A stretch of DNA of 64,000 nt from Octopus vulgaris (GCA_951406725.2 OX597839.1:27342001-27406000), one strand, 5' to 3'; positions 37,933 to 54,322 are shown, counted from the first letter of the stretch. Notes: generated by a model not told the origin, from the letters alone. A program made the numbers and translations.

Positions 37933-38373
37933 AATTATACAAGTTTACACACACACACACATATATATATACACACACACATGTACATACATATATACAT
38001 ATGCATACACGCACGCACACACACACATACACAACCACACACACAAACACGCATACACACACACACGCATATATATGTAGGAGGTTCCGACTGGAAGGGG
38101 GTTGCTCTTTCAACGGGGATACATTTCATCCAATCTTGCACCGCTTTATCTCTGCATCTATTAATTTTTAACCTGTTAATTTCTATTAGAACCGGTGTTT
38201 ATTGATGGTTCTTCTTCCACAGTAGTGCTTACCACTTATGAAGTTCCAGTTGGCGTTATAGATGTGTTCATCTATTCGATATAGAATAGAATTTTAATAA
38301 TATAACATAACGAAAATAGAGAGCGTGAACACAGAAAAAATGAATTTATATATATAATAGTCAATTTCATGTC

Positions 38374-38462
38374 GCCTACACACGTTTCAATTTCTCATCT
38401 TCATTCATATTTTACAATTAAATTTGCAATATGGATTTAAAAGATAAATATCGCTTCAGGGC
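38374..38462 (-). ncRNA. long-stem-II hammerhead-like motif, degenerate
   Basis: Reverse complement: gcc CTGAAGC [AT-rich insert] GAAAC gtgt GTA ggc. Confidence 0.35.
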
Positions 38463-38748
38463 AAAATTAACATATATTTATTTGTATCCTAAAGGATAGA
38501 GAGTTTCTTACTGACTGGATAGCTGCATGTGTGTGTGTGCGTGTGTGAGCATGTGTGTCTTTGGGGGTAAACTACGACCACACTGGTCAATGGCTAGTTG
38601 CAGTTCTAAAGAACTAGGTCATATTCCTATTCACCCTTAATGGCATTTAAATTTGTTTATTTTTTCAGAGGCTGGCTACTACTCCTATCCCTACTTACTT
38701 GTCAAAAGAATAAAAAATAAACATATATATATATATTAGTAAGCATCC

Positions 38749-39283
38749 AAATTAATATATTTATTTAACTTCTACGTATGTAACTGAGATAATTTCAATT
38801 TAGATGTATTATACTTCTTTGCCGATAGTCTGGGTAATTTAATATATTTAGTTAAACTAACTTTTATATATGTTTAATGGAGGTATGCTTCACTGTGTAT
38901 CACATGCATGGAGTTAGTTTATTTTCAAATGGTGAGAGTACATTTCACTTTAAGATTTATATATATTTATGTATTTAATAATTCATAATAATAAATTATA
39001 TTTAAATAAACACTCCGTGAATGATAAAATTAAAATAAACATAGGAACAGGTCTTAAAGTGAAATCTACTCTCACCATTTGAAAATAATCTGATTCCATG
39101 CATCTGGTACATAGTGAATCATACTGCTATTAAATATATATAAAAGTTAGTTTAACTAAATATATATAATAACTCAAACTAATAGCAAATAAGACTAATA
39201 TATCTAAATAAATAAAAGAAATAGTAATGAAAATTGATATTCTCTCAGTTAAATACGTAGAAGTTAAATAAATATATTAATTT
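38749..39283. repeat. long imperfect inverted repeat (arms 38749-38955 and 39052-39283)
   Basis: For example ttattttcaaatggtgagagta.atttcactttaaga versus tcttaaagtgaaat.tactctcaccatttgaaaataa. Confidence 0.9.
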
Positions 39284-39592
39284 TTACGATTATAGATAAC
39301 AATTCGGGTTGTAATTTCTGAGCCGGTGTCAGGCGCGTGTGAACAATGTCGAGAGAGGGTCTGCTGCGAATGATATTTTTTGACACGGGGCACCTCTAAG
39401 ACGACTGCCAAACGTTGAACGAAAATAAATGAACTGCGATCAGGTTCAATAAAATGAGACCGAGTTATTGGCTGCAAATACATACCTGAAGTCAGGGTTG
39501 GCAGAAATTAAATCAACTTGCAAATACCTGTTCAGTTTACTAAACTTACACTCAGGCTAAGACCGAGCAGTTCGAGTGCTGGAGTCACCACT

Positions 39593-39658
<66 letters not shown>

Positions 39659-39783
39659 CACACGCACGCACAGAGAGATAGATGGACAGACAGATAGGCA
39701 GGCAGACAGACAGACAGACAGACAGATAGATAGATAGACAGATAGACAGATAGATACATGGATAGATAGATAGATAGACAGAC

Positions 39784-39822
<39 letters not shown>

Positions 39823-39895
39823 CAGACAGATAGATAGATAGATAGATAGATAGATACATGGATAGATAGATAGATACATGGATAGATAGATAGAC

Positions 39896-39936
<41 letters not shown>

Positions 39937-39955
39937 TACATATATAGATAGATAT
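39593..39955. repeat. (CA)n, (GCAC)n and (GATA/GACA)n microsatellites
   Basis: Direct observation. Confidence 0.93.
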
Positions 39956-40286
39956 ACTTCTGAAAGTTGGTGCCTCACAACTCGTTATTCGAAATTCCCG
40001 TGACACACACTCAGTTTCATGATCGAGGAAAGTGCAATTCTAATCACTCGATGATCGGAGAAATATCATCAATTGATTAATGAACTAATTAATTTCATAC
40101 AAACAATTCTATATGCAATTATATATAATTGGCAACTTGAAATCTCTCCTCACATTATTCACGTTGCCAATACACGTGCTGGAAGCTACAGGACTAATGA
40201 CCACATCCGATGTGACTTCAACCATGTGACATAATATGCCCCCACCTGGGGCACATTACATTTAAGGGCAAAGGTGTGAACGTCTG

Positions 40287-40426
40287 CAGTAAGAAGCTTG
40301 CTTTCCAACCACATGGTTCCATGCTCAGTCCCACAGCGGGGTATCTTGGTCATGTGACTTCTAACCTCAGGTCGACCAAAGCCTTGTGAGTGGATTTGGC
40401 TGACAGAAACTGAAAGAAGCCCATCG

Positions 40427-40427
<1 letters not shown>
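40287..40427 (+). mobile_element. SINE family A 5' fragment
   Basis: caaccacatggttcc..gccttgtgagtggatttgg..gaaactgaaagaagccc. Confidence 0.75.
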
Positions 40428-40493
<66 letters not shown>

Positions 40494-40496
<3 letters not shown>

Positions 40497-40767
40497 ACTT
40501 ATAAATAAGGGCTTCTTCCATGGGTATGAGTAAGTATCTCATTTATTTCTTTGCCACATTTATCACTGACGAAGGGAGGGTTCTTACGAACTAACCCTGA
40601 AATCGGTCCGATATGGTAATAATGGAATTTTTTAGAAATTTCTGTCGGCTTTTTTTTTTTTCGAGTAGTGTGCGTTTTGTGAAAAATTATATGGTAATGG
40701 ACAATATGTCCAATTTTCGGCATATTTGGCATTGGAAATTTTTCGTTTGCCCTTATTTATAAGTTGT
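40494..40767. mobile_element. MITE-like element with perfect 19-bp inverted ends
   Basis: acaacttataaataagggc (40494-40512) and gcccttatttataagttgt (40749-40767). Confidence 0.6.
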
Positions 40768-41144
40768 TTATAATTTAACCTTTAAAGGTATTTTTTAATA
40801 TGCTGGCCATTGATAAAATTTTTTTCGAAAAAAATTTTACCCTACCTTAAATATATATATATATATATAATTAATACCTTTTTTTATCCGAGGGGAGGCA
40901 ATGCGAGCAACAACCACAGGAACATCACAAGATCCACAGAAAGACCAAACACATACAAATCTTCATATACTCATTTATATCTATAAAGCCCAACATTTAA
41001 AATTTTTTAAAATTTAGTAATATATAAATATATCATATAAAAATATAAATTTTGCATATAACACCTTGAATTTACGCTTAAAACATTTCGTATAAATTTG
41101 TTACAATAAGAGAAATAAATATAATAAAAATAAATAAAAATAAA

Positions 41145-41540
41145 GCAGGAGTGGCTGTGTGGTAAGTAGTTTGCTAACCAACCACATGGTTCCGGGTTCA
41201 GTCCCACTGCGTGGTATCTTGGGTAAGTGTCTTCTGCTATAGCCCCGGGCCGACCGATGCCTTATGAGTGGATTTGGTAGACGGAAACTGAAAGAAGCCT
41301 GTCGTATATATGTATATATATATAAGTGTGTGTGTATATGTTTGTGTGTCTGTGTTTGTCACCCTAGCATTGCTTGACAACCGATGCTGGTGTGTTTACG
41401 TCCCCGTCACCTATCGGCAAAAGAGATCGATAGAATAAGTACTGGGCTTACAAAGAATAAGTCCCGGGGTCGAGTTGCTCGACTAAAGGCGGTGCTCCAG
41501 CATGGCCGCAGTCACATGACTGAAAAGAGAAAAAGAGAGA
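41145..41540 (+). mobile_element. SINE family A, full length
   Basis: Head, body and tail present. Confidence 0.92.
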
Positions 41541-41651
41541 GAGATACAATAGCATATTAAGAGACGAATTAAAATTCTAGCGAAACGTACATAGAAGATA
41601 ATAATCATACAAGTTTACAAAAATATAAGTTTACAAAGATACACAGAAGTC

Positions 41652-41733
41652 CATCTACGGGCCGTTTTGGAGATGCGCTAATTAATCTTAGACAAATCAT
41701 ATACTTAAAATTGGCACTCCCCTCATCAGGATG
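41652..41733 (-). ncRNA. long-stem-II hammerhead-like motif (GAAA mutated to AAAA)
   Basis: Reverse complement: catc CTGATGA ggggagtgc...gcatctcc AAAAC ggccc GTA gatg. Confidence 0.55.
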
Positions 41734-42219
41734 TCCTATACTTACAACACATAGTAAACGTGAACAAATACACAATCACATTGGTGGAGAGCAAACCAAA
41801 ACTTGGAAGCCACCGTTATCGTTTGCATTGTAAAACACAACAAACATATACGGTGTTTAATAAGCATTCATTTTAATTTTAAATTGCTTTTATATATAAC
41901 CTGACACAAAAATCCAATTTTATATATATATATATATATGTAGTTGTATGTATGTGTTTAAGTATGCGTCTTTGTATCTGTGTGTGTGTGTGTCTGTCTG
42001 TATATATGTGTGCGTGTATGAGTCTGTTCTTGTGTGTGCAATTTTCTTCAAATAAAAAAAATGCATGCGTCTTTCAGCACCAGCGGGTTCATAAACAAGA
42101 ACTTAACGCGATATAAATATAAAGCAGAATCTAAAACAACTCAAGGTGTATATACAACATATACAATATATACATATATATACATGCACACGCATATATA
42201 TATATATATTTATGTAAAC

Positions 42220-43360
<1,141 letters not shown>

Positions 43361-43714
43361 GGCGTTAAGGAGATAGATATATATAATATGAGCGAGGTCA
43401 TCTATGGCAGACAGCATACAGTAAACCATAAAACGAGAGGCAAGATCTGTTTATCTTAGAGGCAGTTGTTTGCTTAGATTTTGGTTTAAAAAGATACACG
43501 TACTTTTATTATTTTAAGGGGGAAGGTTGAATAGGAGGAGGAGGTGGAGAGACTGCAGTGGTAGCTTGGTTGAGGCGGAAGCGGAAGCAACGTGTTGGTG
43601 GGCTCCTGCAAATCTACAAGGTGCATGTGTATGTATATGTATATATATATATGGCTATAGACATGAATATATGCTTCTACATATATATGTATACGCATCC
43701 ATTTCCAAGTAAGT

Positions 43715-43770
<56 letters not shown>

Positions 43771-43772
<2 letters not shown>

Positions 43773-44176
43773 TCTTTTATTTTTACTTGTTTCAGTCATT
43801 TGACTGCGGCCATGCTGGAGCACCGCCTTTAGCTAGCAAATCGACCCCGGGACTTATTCTTTGTAAGCCCAGTACTTATTCTATCGGTCTCTTTTGCCGA
43901 ACCGCTATGTGACGGGGACGTAAACACACCAGCATCGGTTGTCAAGCAATGCTAGAAGGACAAACACAGACACACAAACATATACATACACGTACATACA
44001 TATATATACATATATACGACGGGCTTCTTTCAGTTTCCGTCCACCAAATCCACTCACAAGGCATTGGTCGACCGAGGCTATAGCAGAAGACACTTGCCCA
44101 AGATGCCACGCAGTGGGACTGAACCCAGAACCATGTGGTTGGTAGGCAAGCTCCTTACCACACAGCCACTCCTGCG

Positions 44177-44179
<3 letters not shown>
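43771..44179 (-). mobile_element. SINE family A, full length
   Basis: (TA)n on both flanks. Confidence 0.93.
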
Positions 44180-44220
<41 letters not shown>

Positions 44221-44240
44221 CATACGTAAATATATATATA

Positions 44241-44570
44241 TTCTTTTATTTGTTTCAGTCTTTTGACTGCGGCCATTCTGGAGCAACGCCTTTAGTTGAA
44301 TAAATCCACCCCAAGACTTACTCTTCATAAGCCTAGTACTTATTCTATCGGTATATTTTGTCGAACTGCTGGTTTACGGGGACGTAAACACACCAGCATC
44401 GGTTGTCAAGCGATGTTGGGAGACACAAACACACACATACGACTGGCTTCTTTCACTTTCCGTTCCAAATCCACTCACAAGGCCCTGGTCGGCCCGAGGC
44501 TATAGTAGAAGGCACCTGCGCAATGTGTCACGCAGTGGGACTGAACCCGGGAAAATGTGGTTGGTAAGGT
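44241..44570 (-). mobile_element. SINE family A, older copy
   Basis: Diverged tail and body; short internal microsatellite. Confidence 0.85.
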
Positions 44571-45104
44571 ATCTATATCTTTTCATCAGTTCCCACTTTC
44601 ACTTTCGCAAGTACAATCTCTGACTTCCTGCATCTATTTTTAGAAATTTGACCATTATATCTTCTTCTTCCCTTCCTTTTTGAGGTTTCCTACTCATAAT
44701 TCCCCCCTCCGTACCACATTCTTTATCTTTCTCTCCACCTTAGTGCCTTTTTCAAACATATTATTTCTCAAGCATATTATTTCTTCCCTACATTCTTATC
44801 ACTTCCTTCTATCTCTCCTTCTATTCCTTTTATCTACTGATAGCTCTCCTCTCTCCACCCCTCACAACATGATCACCGCCATCTAGCACTCCTTTCTTCC
44901 TTTTTCTTCCTCTTTTTTCTTTCTTTCTTTCGTTCTCCCCTATTCCTTTTGACCAATACCATTTTCTTTTTTCTAACGTACCTCTCTCTTCTCGTGTCTC
45001 TAGCTACTTCCACCTACAAGTATATTCTCAAAATTTTATTTTGACTAGAAGGCCCTTTGTATGAACAGCACATAGAACTAATATCTGCAAACTATCCATT
45101 TGTA

Positions 45105-45433
45105 ATAACAAAATATGAACTCCTTTTGGAATTTACATTCCATGGACAAGAAGCCTCTATACCTTTTCTACACAGCACAATTTTTGGATAACTGAACAGC
45201 AATTTTGACATCCAATATATACTTCTTTATCCTCATACTTCCCATTGTACTTATTATATCCTCTTCCTTTCCAAAATAACTCTACTATTCCCTTCCTTTT
45301 AACTCTCTCATATCGTCTCTGATGATGGAATATCTTTTATATCCCTGAAACAGCTGTAAGACTATCTTTCTCTTTATAAATGTCCTAGAAATTTCACACA
45401 GCCTTGATATTATTGTCACATTTTATTTAACAA
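45105..45433 (+). mobile_element. Penelope-like terminal-repeat remnant; homologue of 26400-26745
   Basis: Shared sequence; contains a hammerhead motif with an intact core. Confidence 0.65.
45315..45362 (+). ncRNA. minimal type I hammerhead motif
   Basis: gtct CTGATGA tggaatat ctttt atatccct GAAAC agct GTA agac; perfect stem I and palindromic loop III. Confidence 0.75.
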
Positions 45434-45498
45434 CCACACACACACATATACACATACGTATGCATATACAATCATATATTCGAATGCACATACATATG

Positions 45499-45534
<36 letters not shown>

Positions 45535-45541
<7 letters not shown>

Positions 45542-45621
45542 ACATAAGTATGTATATACAAACACACATATATATATATCTATATATATACATATATATC
45601 TACATACGTATGTATATACAA

Positions 45622-45654
<33 letters not shown>

Positions 45655-45801
45655 CATATATATCTACATACGTATGTATATAAAAACACACACACATATA
45701 TATATATATACATATATATCTACATACGTATGTATATACAAACACACACACATATATATATATAAATATACATATATATCTACATACGTATGTATATACA
45801 A

Positions 45802-45850
<49 letters not shown>

Positions 45851-45935
45851 TATCTACATACGTATGTATAAACAAACACACACACACTCACACACAAACA
45901 TATATATCTACATACGTATGTATATACAAACATAT
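45535..45935. repeat. composite minisatellite, ~60-bp unit, 7 copies
   Basis: atatctacatacgtatgtatatacaaac recurs. Confidence 0.88.
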
Positions 45936-46277
45936 ATATATATATTTGAATACACATACAAATGTATACACACACACACACACACGCACATATATATGTA
46001 TATGTATGTATGTCTGCGTGTATATTTGGATAATTTTTAATGAAAAGTTTTAATAAAAACCAGATCTTTCGAGAAGTACAGATAAAGCGAAGTCTGGATA
46101 GAACGTGTGAAGACTATTTGGTGTGTGAACAGATACAGAAAATGGATGTTTCTGTTTTTTTTTCTAAGATAAATGTAATTTATTAAAAAAAACATCTAAC
46201 ACGGTTTAATATTTTTCTCTCGAATACATGAACATATGTATACAAATACACACAGACACACGTGCGAACACATACAT

Positions 46278-47190
<913 letters not shown>

Positions 47191-47647
47191 ATGCATGTAT
47201 GTATGCATGTATCCTTATATATATAATTAATATACTTATCTCTATATATGTATGTATATGTATAAATGTATATGTGTGTGTGTGTGTGTGTTGGTGCTAC
47301 TTGAGGAATGTGCCAGCCGCCAGTCTAGTCTTGGAGTAGGTAAAGACCGGCATCGAGAAGTGGAGGCTTGTTTTCTTTTCCTCGAAAACAGGCGTTTCCA
47401 GAGTTGCAAAAAAAGAAAATAATAAATAATTTTTCTCGTGTTTTTGAGATAAAAGAGACTTCCACACACTCACAGATAAATATATATATACACACACACA
47501 CATACATACGTACATCTATGTATATATTTATAGAAATACATGCACACATATAGATACACGCGCGCACACACACATTAATGCACATAAATTCAAATACACA
47601 TGTACTTGCATACAGACATACCCAGAGTTAAATACACACATACGTAC

Positions 47648-47690
<43 letters not shown>

Positions 47691-47700
47691 TACACACATA

Positions 47701-47940
47701 TACTCTTTTACTTGTTTCAGTCATTTGACTGCGGCCATGCTGGAGCACCGCCTTTAATCGAGCAACTCGACCCTGGTACTTATTCTTTGTAAGCCCAATA
47801 CTTATTCTATCGGTGTCTTTTGCCGAACCGCTAATTGACGGGGACATAAACACACCAGCATCGGTTGTCAAGCAATGCTGGGGGGACAAACACAGACACA
47901 CACACGCATATATATATATATACATATATACGACGGGCTT
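47701..47940 (-). mobile_element. SINE family A 3' half
   Basis: Tail and second-half body. Confidence 0.87.
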
Positions 47941-47969
47941 ATACATATATAAAAGAGAACGAAAGATAA

Positions 47970-48025
<56 letters not shown>

Positions 48026-48150
48026 CATATGTGTGTGTGTGTATACATATAAGAAATACCCCCAAAACGAAGAACAAAAACATAACAACATCAGGAGGAC
48101 GTGGTACATGTAAAGTATTAACAGACGTTCAAGGGAAGGAAAGAAAGATG

Positions 48151-48186
48151 GTTTAACGTTTCGAGCAGACGCTCTTCTTCAGAAAC
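48151..48186 (-). ncRNA. minimal type I hammerhead motif
   Basis: Reverse complement: gttt CTGAAGA a gagc gtct gctc GAAAC GTT aaac; stem III reduced to the palindrome AACGTT. Confidence 0.7.
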
Positions 48187-48277
48187 AGAGGAAAGTGCAA
48201 TAGAGAAGGAAGACTGAGGAAGAAAATCAGCAACGATTCACATGTGGTTACATTTTAAAATCATATACATACATACA

Positions 48278-48312
<35 letters not shown>

Positions 48313-48321
48313 TATATATAT

Positions 48322-48477
48322 GAGTGGCTGTGTGGTAAGTAGCTTGCTAACCAACCACATGGTTTCGGGTTCAGTCCCACTGCGTGGAATCTTGGGCAAG
48401 TGTCTTCTGCTATAGCCCCGGGCCGACCAATGCCTTGTGAGTGGATTTGGTAGACGGAAACTGAAAGAAGCCTGTCG

Positions 48478-48512
<35 letters not shown>

Positions 48513-48890
48513 TTGTGTGTCTATGTTTGTCCCCCTACTATTGCTTGACAACCGATGCTGGTGTGTTTAGAATAAGTACTGGGCTTACAAAGAATAAGTC
48601 CCGGGGTCGATTTGCTCGACTAAAAAGGCGGTGCTCCAGCATTGCCGCAGTCAAATGACTGAAACAAGTAAAAAGAGTAAAAAAAAGAATATGTATGTAT
48701 ATGTTTGTCACCCCACCATCACTTGAAAACCGATGCTGGTGTGTTTACGTCCCCGTAACTTATCGGTTCAGCAAAAGAGACCATTAGAATAAGTACTAGG
48801 CTTGCAATGAATAAGTCTTGGGGTCGATTTGTTCGACTAAAGGCGGTGCTCCAGCATGGCCGCAATCAAATAACTGAAGCAAATAAAGGA
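48322..48890 (+). mobile_element. SINE family A (48322-48680) plus a second 3' half (48700-48890)
   Basis: Two tails ggcggtgctccagcat in tandem. Confidence 0.88.
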
Positions 48891-49600
48891 AATAAAATAG
48901 AATCAACGAATATATACGTATACACACACGCACATATAGAGATAGATAAACATACATACATACATATATACATACATAGATACATACATACATGCATACA
49001 TCCACACACCTATATATATTCACACACGACAGGTAGGTGTTCAACTGGGGAACGTTTGACAAAAATAGGAATTGAAAATTAGCAATCATTTCTTGCTTAA
49101 ATGTATTAATTCCACCAATAGATGGCTCCATATTTGATCTGCTGTGTCTGCTATTTTTAGACCAAATTCATACACAATTGGAATTCAATTCTTGTTGCCA
49201 TTTTTAGAATTTATAGAGTCGTACACATTTTGGTCTCTCTATATGATACGCTAGCCGACTGTGTGAGTGAAATAGGATATCGTATGCTTGTGTATCGGTG
49301 GCTATTGTGAGGTGTGAAGCGAGAATATTTGTGCAAATAATAAATATATTTGTGTGTGTGTGTGAGTTTGTGCAGGCGTGTGTATGTGCACCTATCTATC
49401 TATATATGTATATATAGATTATCTTTCGTTCTCTCTCTCTCTCTCTCTGTATATATATATATATATATCAATATAGATATATATATACATATATAAATAT
49501 ATGTTATATATACGTTTGTCGAGAGAGAACGGGAGAGAGAGAGAGAGATTTATCAGTACATAAATATACAAATATGCATATATAAATTGTTTATATATAT

Positions 49601-49642
<42 letters not shown>

Positions 49643-49666
49643 TACATATACATACATACATACATC

Positions 49667-49705
<39 letters not shown>

Positions 49706-49733
49706 CGAGATGTGCGTATGCATGTATGTATGC

Positions 49734-49770
<37 letters not shown>

Positions 49771-49841
49771 GAGAGAGAAAGAGAGATGTGTGTGTAAGCA
49801 TGTATGTATGCGTGTATATATGTGTATATATACATATATCA

Positions 49842-50220
49842 TCTTTTACTTGTTTCAGTCATTAGACTGCGGCCATGCTGGAGCAACGACTTGAAGAATT
49901 TTTACTCCAAAAATCAAGCCTAGTGCTTATTTTTTAAAAGCATAGTGCTTATTCTATCGTTCTCGTTTGCCGAAACGCTAAGTTACGGGGACGTAAACAC
50001 ACCAACATCGGTTGTTAAACGGTGGTGGAGAAGAAACGCAGGAACACACACACGCACGCACAAATGTATATATACGACGGGCTTCTCTAAGTTTCCGTCT
50101 ACCAAATCCACTCACAAGACTGTGATGGCCTAAGTCTATAGCAGAAGACACTCGCCCAATGTGCCATGCAGTGAAACTTAAGCTGGTACCATGTGACTGA
50201 GAATCAACTTTTTTCCCTGA
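49842..50220 (-). mobile_element. SINE family A, diverged
   Basis: Tail cttttacttgtttcagtcattagactgcggccatgctggagc plus body. Confidence 0.82.
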
Positions 50221-51285
50221 GTCTATGTATGTATGTATGTATGTATGTATATATATACCTATATAGAAATATATGCATGTCATATTTCAGTTCCATTTTA
50301 AGATTTCTTGCCAATAGAGAAAGAACTGGTTTCTAACCCAGATCCAAGGTTCCTTCATTCGGATTTCCACATCAACAACAGAGTATTTTTGTTTGAATGT
50401 ATGTATGTATAATTCTGTTTGTATGTATGAATGTATGTATGCATGTATGAATGTGTCTGTCTGTCTGTCTCTATGTATGTATGTATTTATGAATGTATGC
50501 ATATATGTATGCATGCCTATATAGAAACGTATGTATATATGTATGTATGTATGTATGTAAGTATATATGTATGTATGTACGTATGTGTGTGTATGTATGT
50601 ATGTACGTATGTGTATGTGTGTGTATGTATGTATGTATGTATGTGTGCGTGTGTGTGTGTATGTATGTATGTATGTATGTATGTATGTATGTATGTATGT
50701 ATGCATGCATGTATATGTGTCTGTCTATCTCTATGTATGTATGTACGTATGAATGTATACATGTATGTATGCATGCCTATGTGCCTATATAGAAACGTAT
50801 GTATGTATGTTTGTAAATACATATCGACGTGTCCGAGACACTTTGTACACCAGCGGGCGACTTTGTCCGAAAAGTACAGCCATAACAATGTGATTGAATC
50901 TTCTGAGGTCTCCACCAGATGTATCCAATGGTAAACCTCCTGGGACATCAGCGACATTTGAGGAAAATTTGGATGGCATCCAACGAAGAATGGTGACTCT
51001 GAAAAGTTGGATGATGTCCAGGAAAGACTGGCAAATTCAATCGTAACACTCAGTCGAGAAAACATTTGGAAGTTAAGCAACGCAATAATTTGGATACCCC
51101 AAGGGTATGTCTGAGACGAAACGGATGCAAACATGTTTCGATACATAATGGAAGCTTTTCCATCGATTAAACTTCGATGGGATCTCGAAGTAAGAGTTGC
51201 TCGTGCTAATCTTCCTGGAAAATCTTGGCCAGGTCTGCTTCTGCGTGTCGTTTTGTTTAGCATTTCCTCGTGGAAATGCATAAAT

Positions 51286-51669
51286 GGAAGCACTCCGTCG
51301 GTTACGACGATGAGGGTTCCGGTTGATACGAATCAACGAAACGGCCTGCTCGTGAAATTAACGTGTAAGTGGCTGAGCACTCCACAGACACGTGCACCCT
51401 TAACGTAGTTCTCGGGGATATTCAGCGTGACACACAGAGTGACAAGGCCGGTCCCTTGAAATACAGGTACAACAGAAACAGGAAGTAAGAGTGAGAGAAA
51501 GTTGTGGTGAAAGAGTACAGCAGGGATCACCACCATCCCCTGCCAGAGCCTCGTGGAGCTTTAGGTGTTTTCGCTCAATAAACACTCACAACGCCCGGTC
51601 TGGGAATCGAAATTGCGATCCTATGACCGCGAGTCCGCTGCCCTAACGACTGGGCCATTGCGCCTCCAT
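51286..51669 (-). mobile_element. SINE family C, full length
   Basis: TSD aaatgcataaat at 51274-51285 and 51670-51681. Confidence 0.93.
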
Positions 51670-51743
51670 AAATGCATAAATATACGATGTGCAAAAGCGC
51701 TGCTCGAGAGATTTTGAATCCGTTTCGAGGATGATTCAAGTAT

Positions 51744-51790
51744 ATGGTGCTGATGATGTGAAATAACAGCGAAATATCAGCATACACCGT
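51744..51790 (+). ncRNA. type I hammerhead-like motif
   Basis: atggtg CTGATGA tgtgaaataacagc GAAA t atcagc ATA caccgt; 6-bp stem I, weak stems II and III. Confidence 0.5.
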
Positions 51791-52786
51791 TTTCGTTCTC
51801 CTATGGGGTGATTTATTTTGCATATGTTGCGGCATACATTGTTTCATTTTTAACAGTCTGTTTTGAAGGGACCTACGCTGGACGAAGTGTATGTATGTAT
51901 ATATATACTTGTGTATATCTATCTTTCTATCAGTGTGTTTGTATGTGTGTGTCTTTTTGTGTGTGTCTTTTTGTGTGTGTATGTGTGTGTGTTTGTGTGT
52001 TTGCACGCGCACCAATTTAAATGACTTTCAACTTCCTCAGTACAGTAACTGATTTATGATACCAACGTGGGAGAAAAAGGAACGCACACGCACTAAACAA
52101 ACTAGAATGGACACGTGATGTGTCGGTATACGCACGCACACGTACACACACATACACATTCACACACATATCTGTATACTTATATAGAAACATACATACG
52201 TGTTTGTTTATGTGTGTGTGCGTGTCTGTATGTAATGTGTGTCTCAATAGAGACACAAACAAGGGAAGAGTGTATGTGTGTGTTTGTGTGTGTGTGAGAT
52301 AGAGAGAGAACGAGAGAGGGGATGGGGGAGAGAGAGAGATAGACAAACGGAGAACAGGTGTAGTAATTAGTAGGTGTCAGGCTGACTGGTTTTTCGCTCC
52401 ATTCCTTGAAAGAAGGAGAGAGACATTCGGCTTTGTTCCAACATTCCCTTAAGCGTTACGAGATCCTTTCGTAATAATACAAACGAACACACAGAGGAAA
52501 AAGAGAGGCTAGAGAGAGAACAAAGAGAGAAAGACACAAAGATAGACAGCGAGAGAGAGAGAGAGATGATGGAGAACAGAGAGGTTATATACAATATGTG
52601 CCATAACATAGATTTGTATCAACAAATACACGAGGCAGGATACGCAACAGTCGGCATCATTACAAAATATAAACCCCCGCTACATTACAACATATGGCGA
52701 TTGCTATACTTTCATGCTAGTATCGAGTTACTTTCCAAGTAGACATAGCCTTCTGTGTGTTTGTGTATCTATCTAACTATATATAT

Positions 52787-52832
<46 letters not shown>

Positions 52833-52843
52833 TATATATATAT

Positions 52844-52892
<49 letters not shown>

Positions 52893-53227
52893 TTCATATA
52901 TATGTGTATGTGTGCATGAATACAGATACATACTTACATATATATGTATATATGTAAACACACACACATATATATAAGTATATATATATATATATATATA
53001 TGTACTTATATATGTGTGTTTGTATATATGTATGTACTACATCAGGTGGGTGTATTATGCAAGTGCCGAATAGTCTTCAAGCCAAGTGTACTTTATGCAA
53101 GACTTTACTGAGGTAACACCATTACTGTCAGCTATACAGGCATGCACACACAAGCGTGTATACATACGTGTATGTTTATACATAATATATACTGTATACA
53201 TACACATATACATATATCCATAGATAC

Positions 53228-53807
<580 letters not shown>

Positions 53808-53917
53808 AGATCGTGGGTAAGGCCAAATCAATGCGAAGTAAATGCAAAATAAATTACAAGAGAACATATTTGTAGAATTTATACAATATATTCTACACCG
53901 TGCTTCATAGTAATTAT

Positions 53918-53964
<47 letters not shown>

Positions 53965-54004
53965 ATGATTAATACTGAAGACGGAGTGTAACTAGAAGCA
54001 TTTA

Positions 54005-54117
54005 TTAAGACAACAATCGTTTCGGCTTCATTCTGCACTTCTCTCTAATTGGCTTGGGACGATGTAATGACACCAGATGCAACGCGCAGTGCATAAGAGC
54101 CTCATCAGGTGACTTAA
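54005..54117 (-). ncRNA. type I hammerhead motif with long stem II
   Basis: Reverse complement: ttaagtcac CTGATGA ggct-cttatgcact...agtgcagaatga-agcc GAAAC gatt GTT gtcttaa. Confidence 0.7.
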
Positions 54118-54197
54118 GTACGCTTCAAAAGTTGCCAGATTCATATTACATTTTCACTTGAAGTTATATGCTGATGGTGAGATGCCAGCAGTTGAGA

Positions 54198-54318
54198 CAC
54201 ATAGCTCGGTGGTTAGAGCGTATGCCTCACAATCATGAAGTAGTCAGTTCAATTCCCAGACCAGTCGGTGTGTTGTGGTCTTTGAGGAAAACACTTTATT
54301 TCACGTTGATCCAGTTCA

Positions 54319-54322
<4 letters not shown>
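54198..54322 (+). mobile_element. SINE family D 5' fragment
   Basis: tagctcggtgg..agttcaattccc..actttatttcacgttgatccagttcactca. Confidence 0.75.

Noticed and set aside
39482-39560. Minus-strand splice-donor-like sites (cag|gtatg, gt|gtaagt)
   Set aside because: No acceptor or open coding frame could be linked to them.
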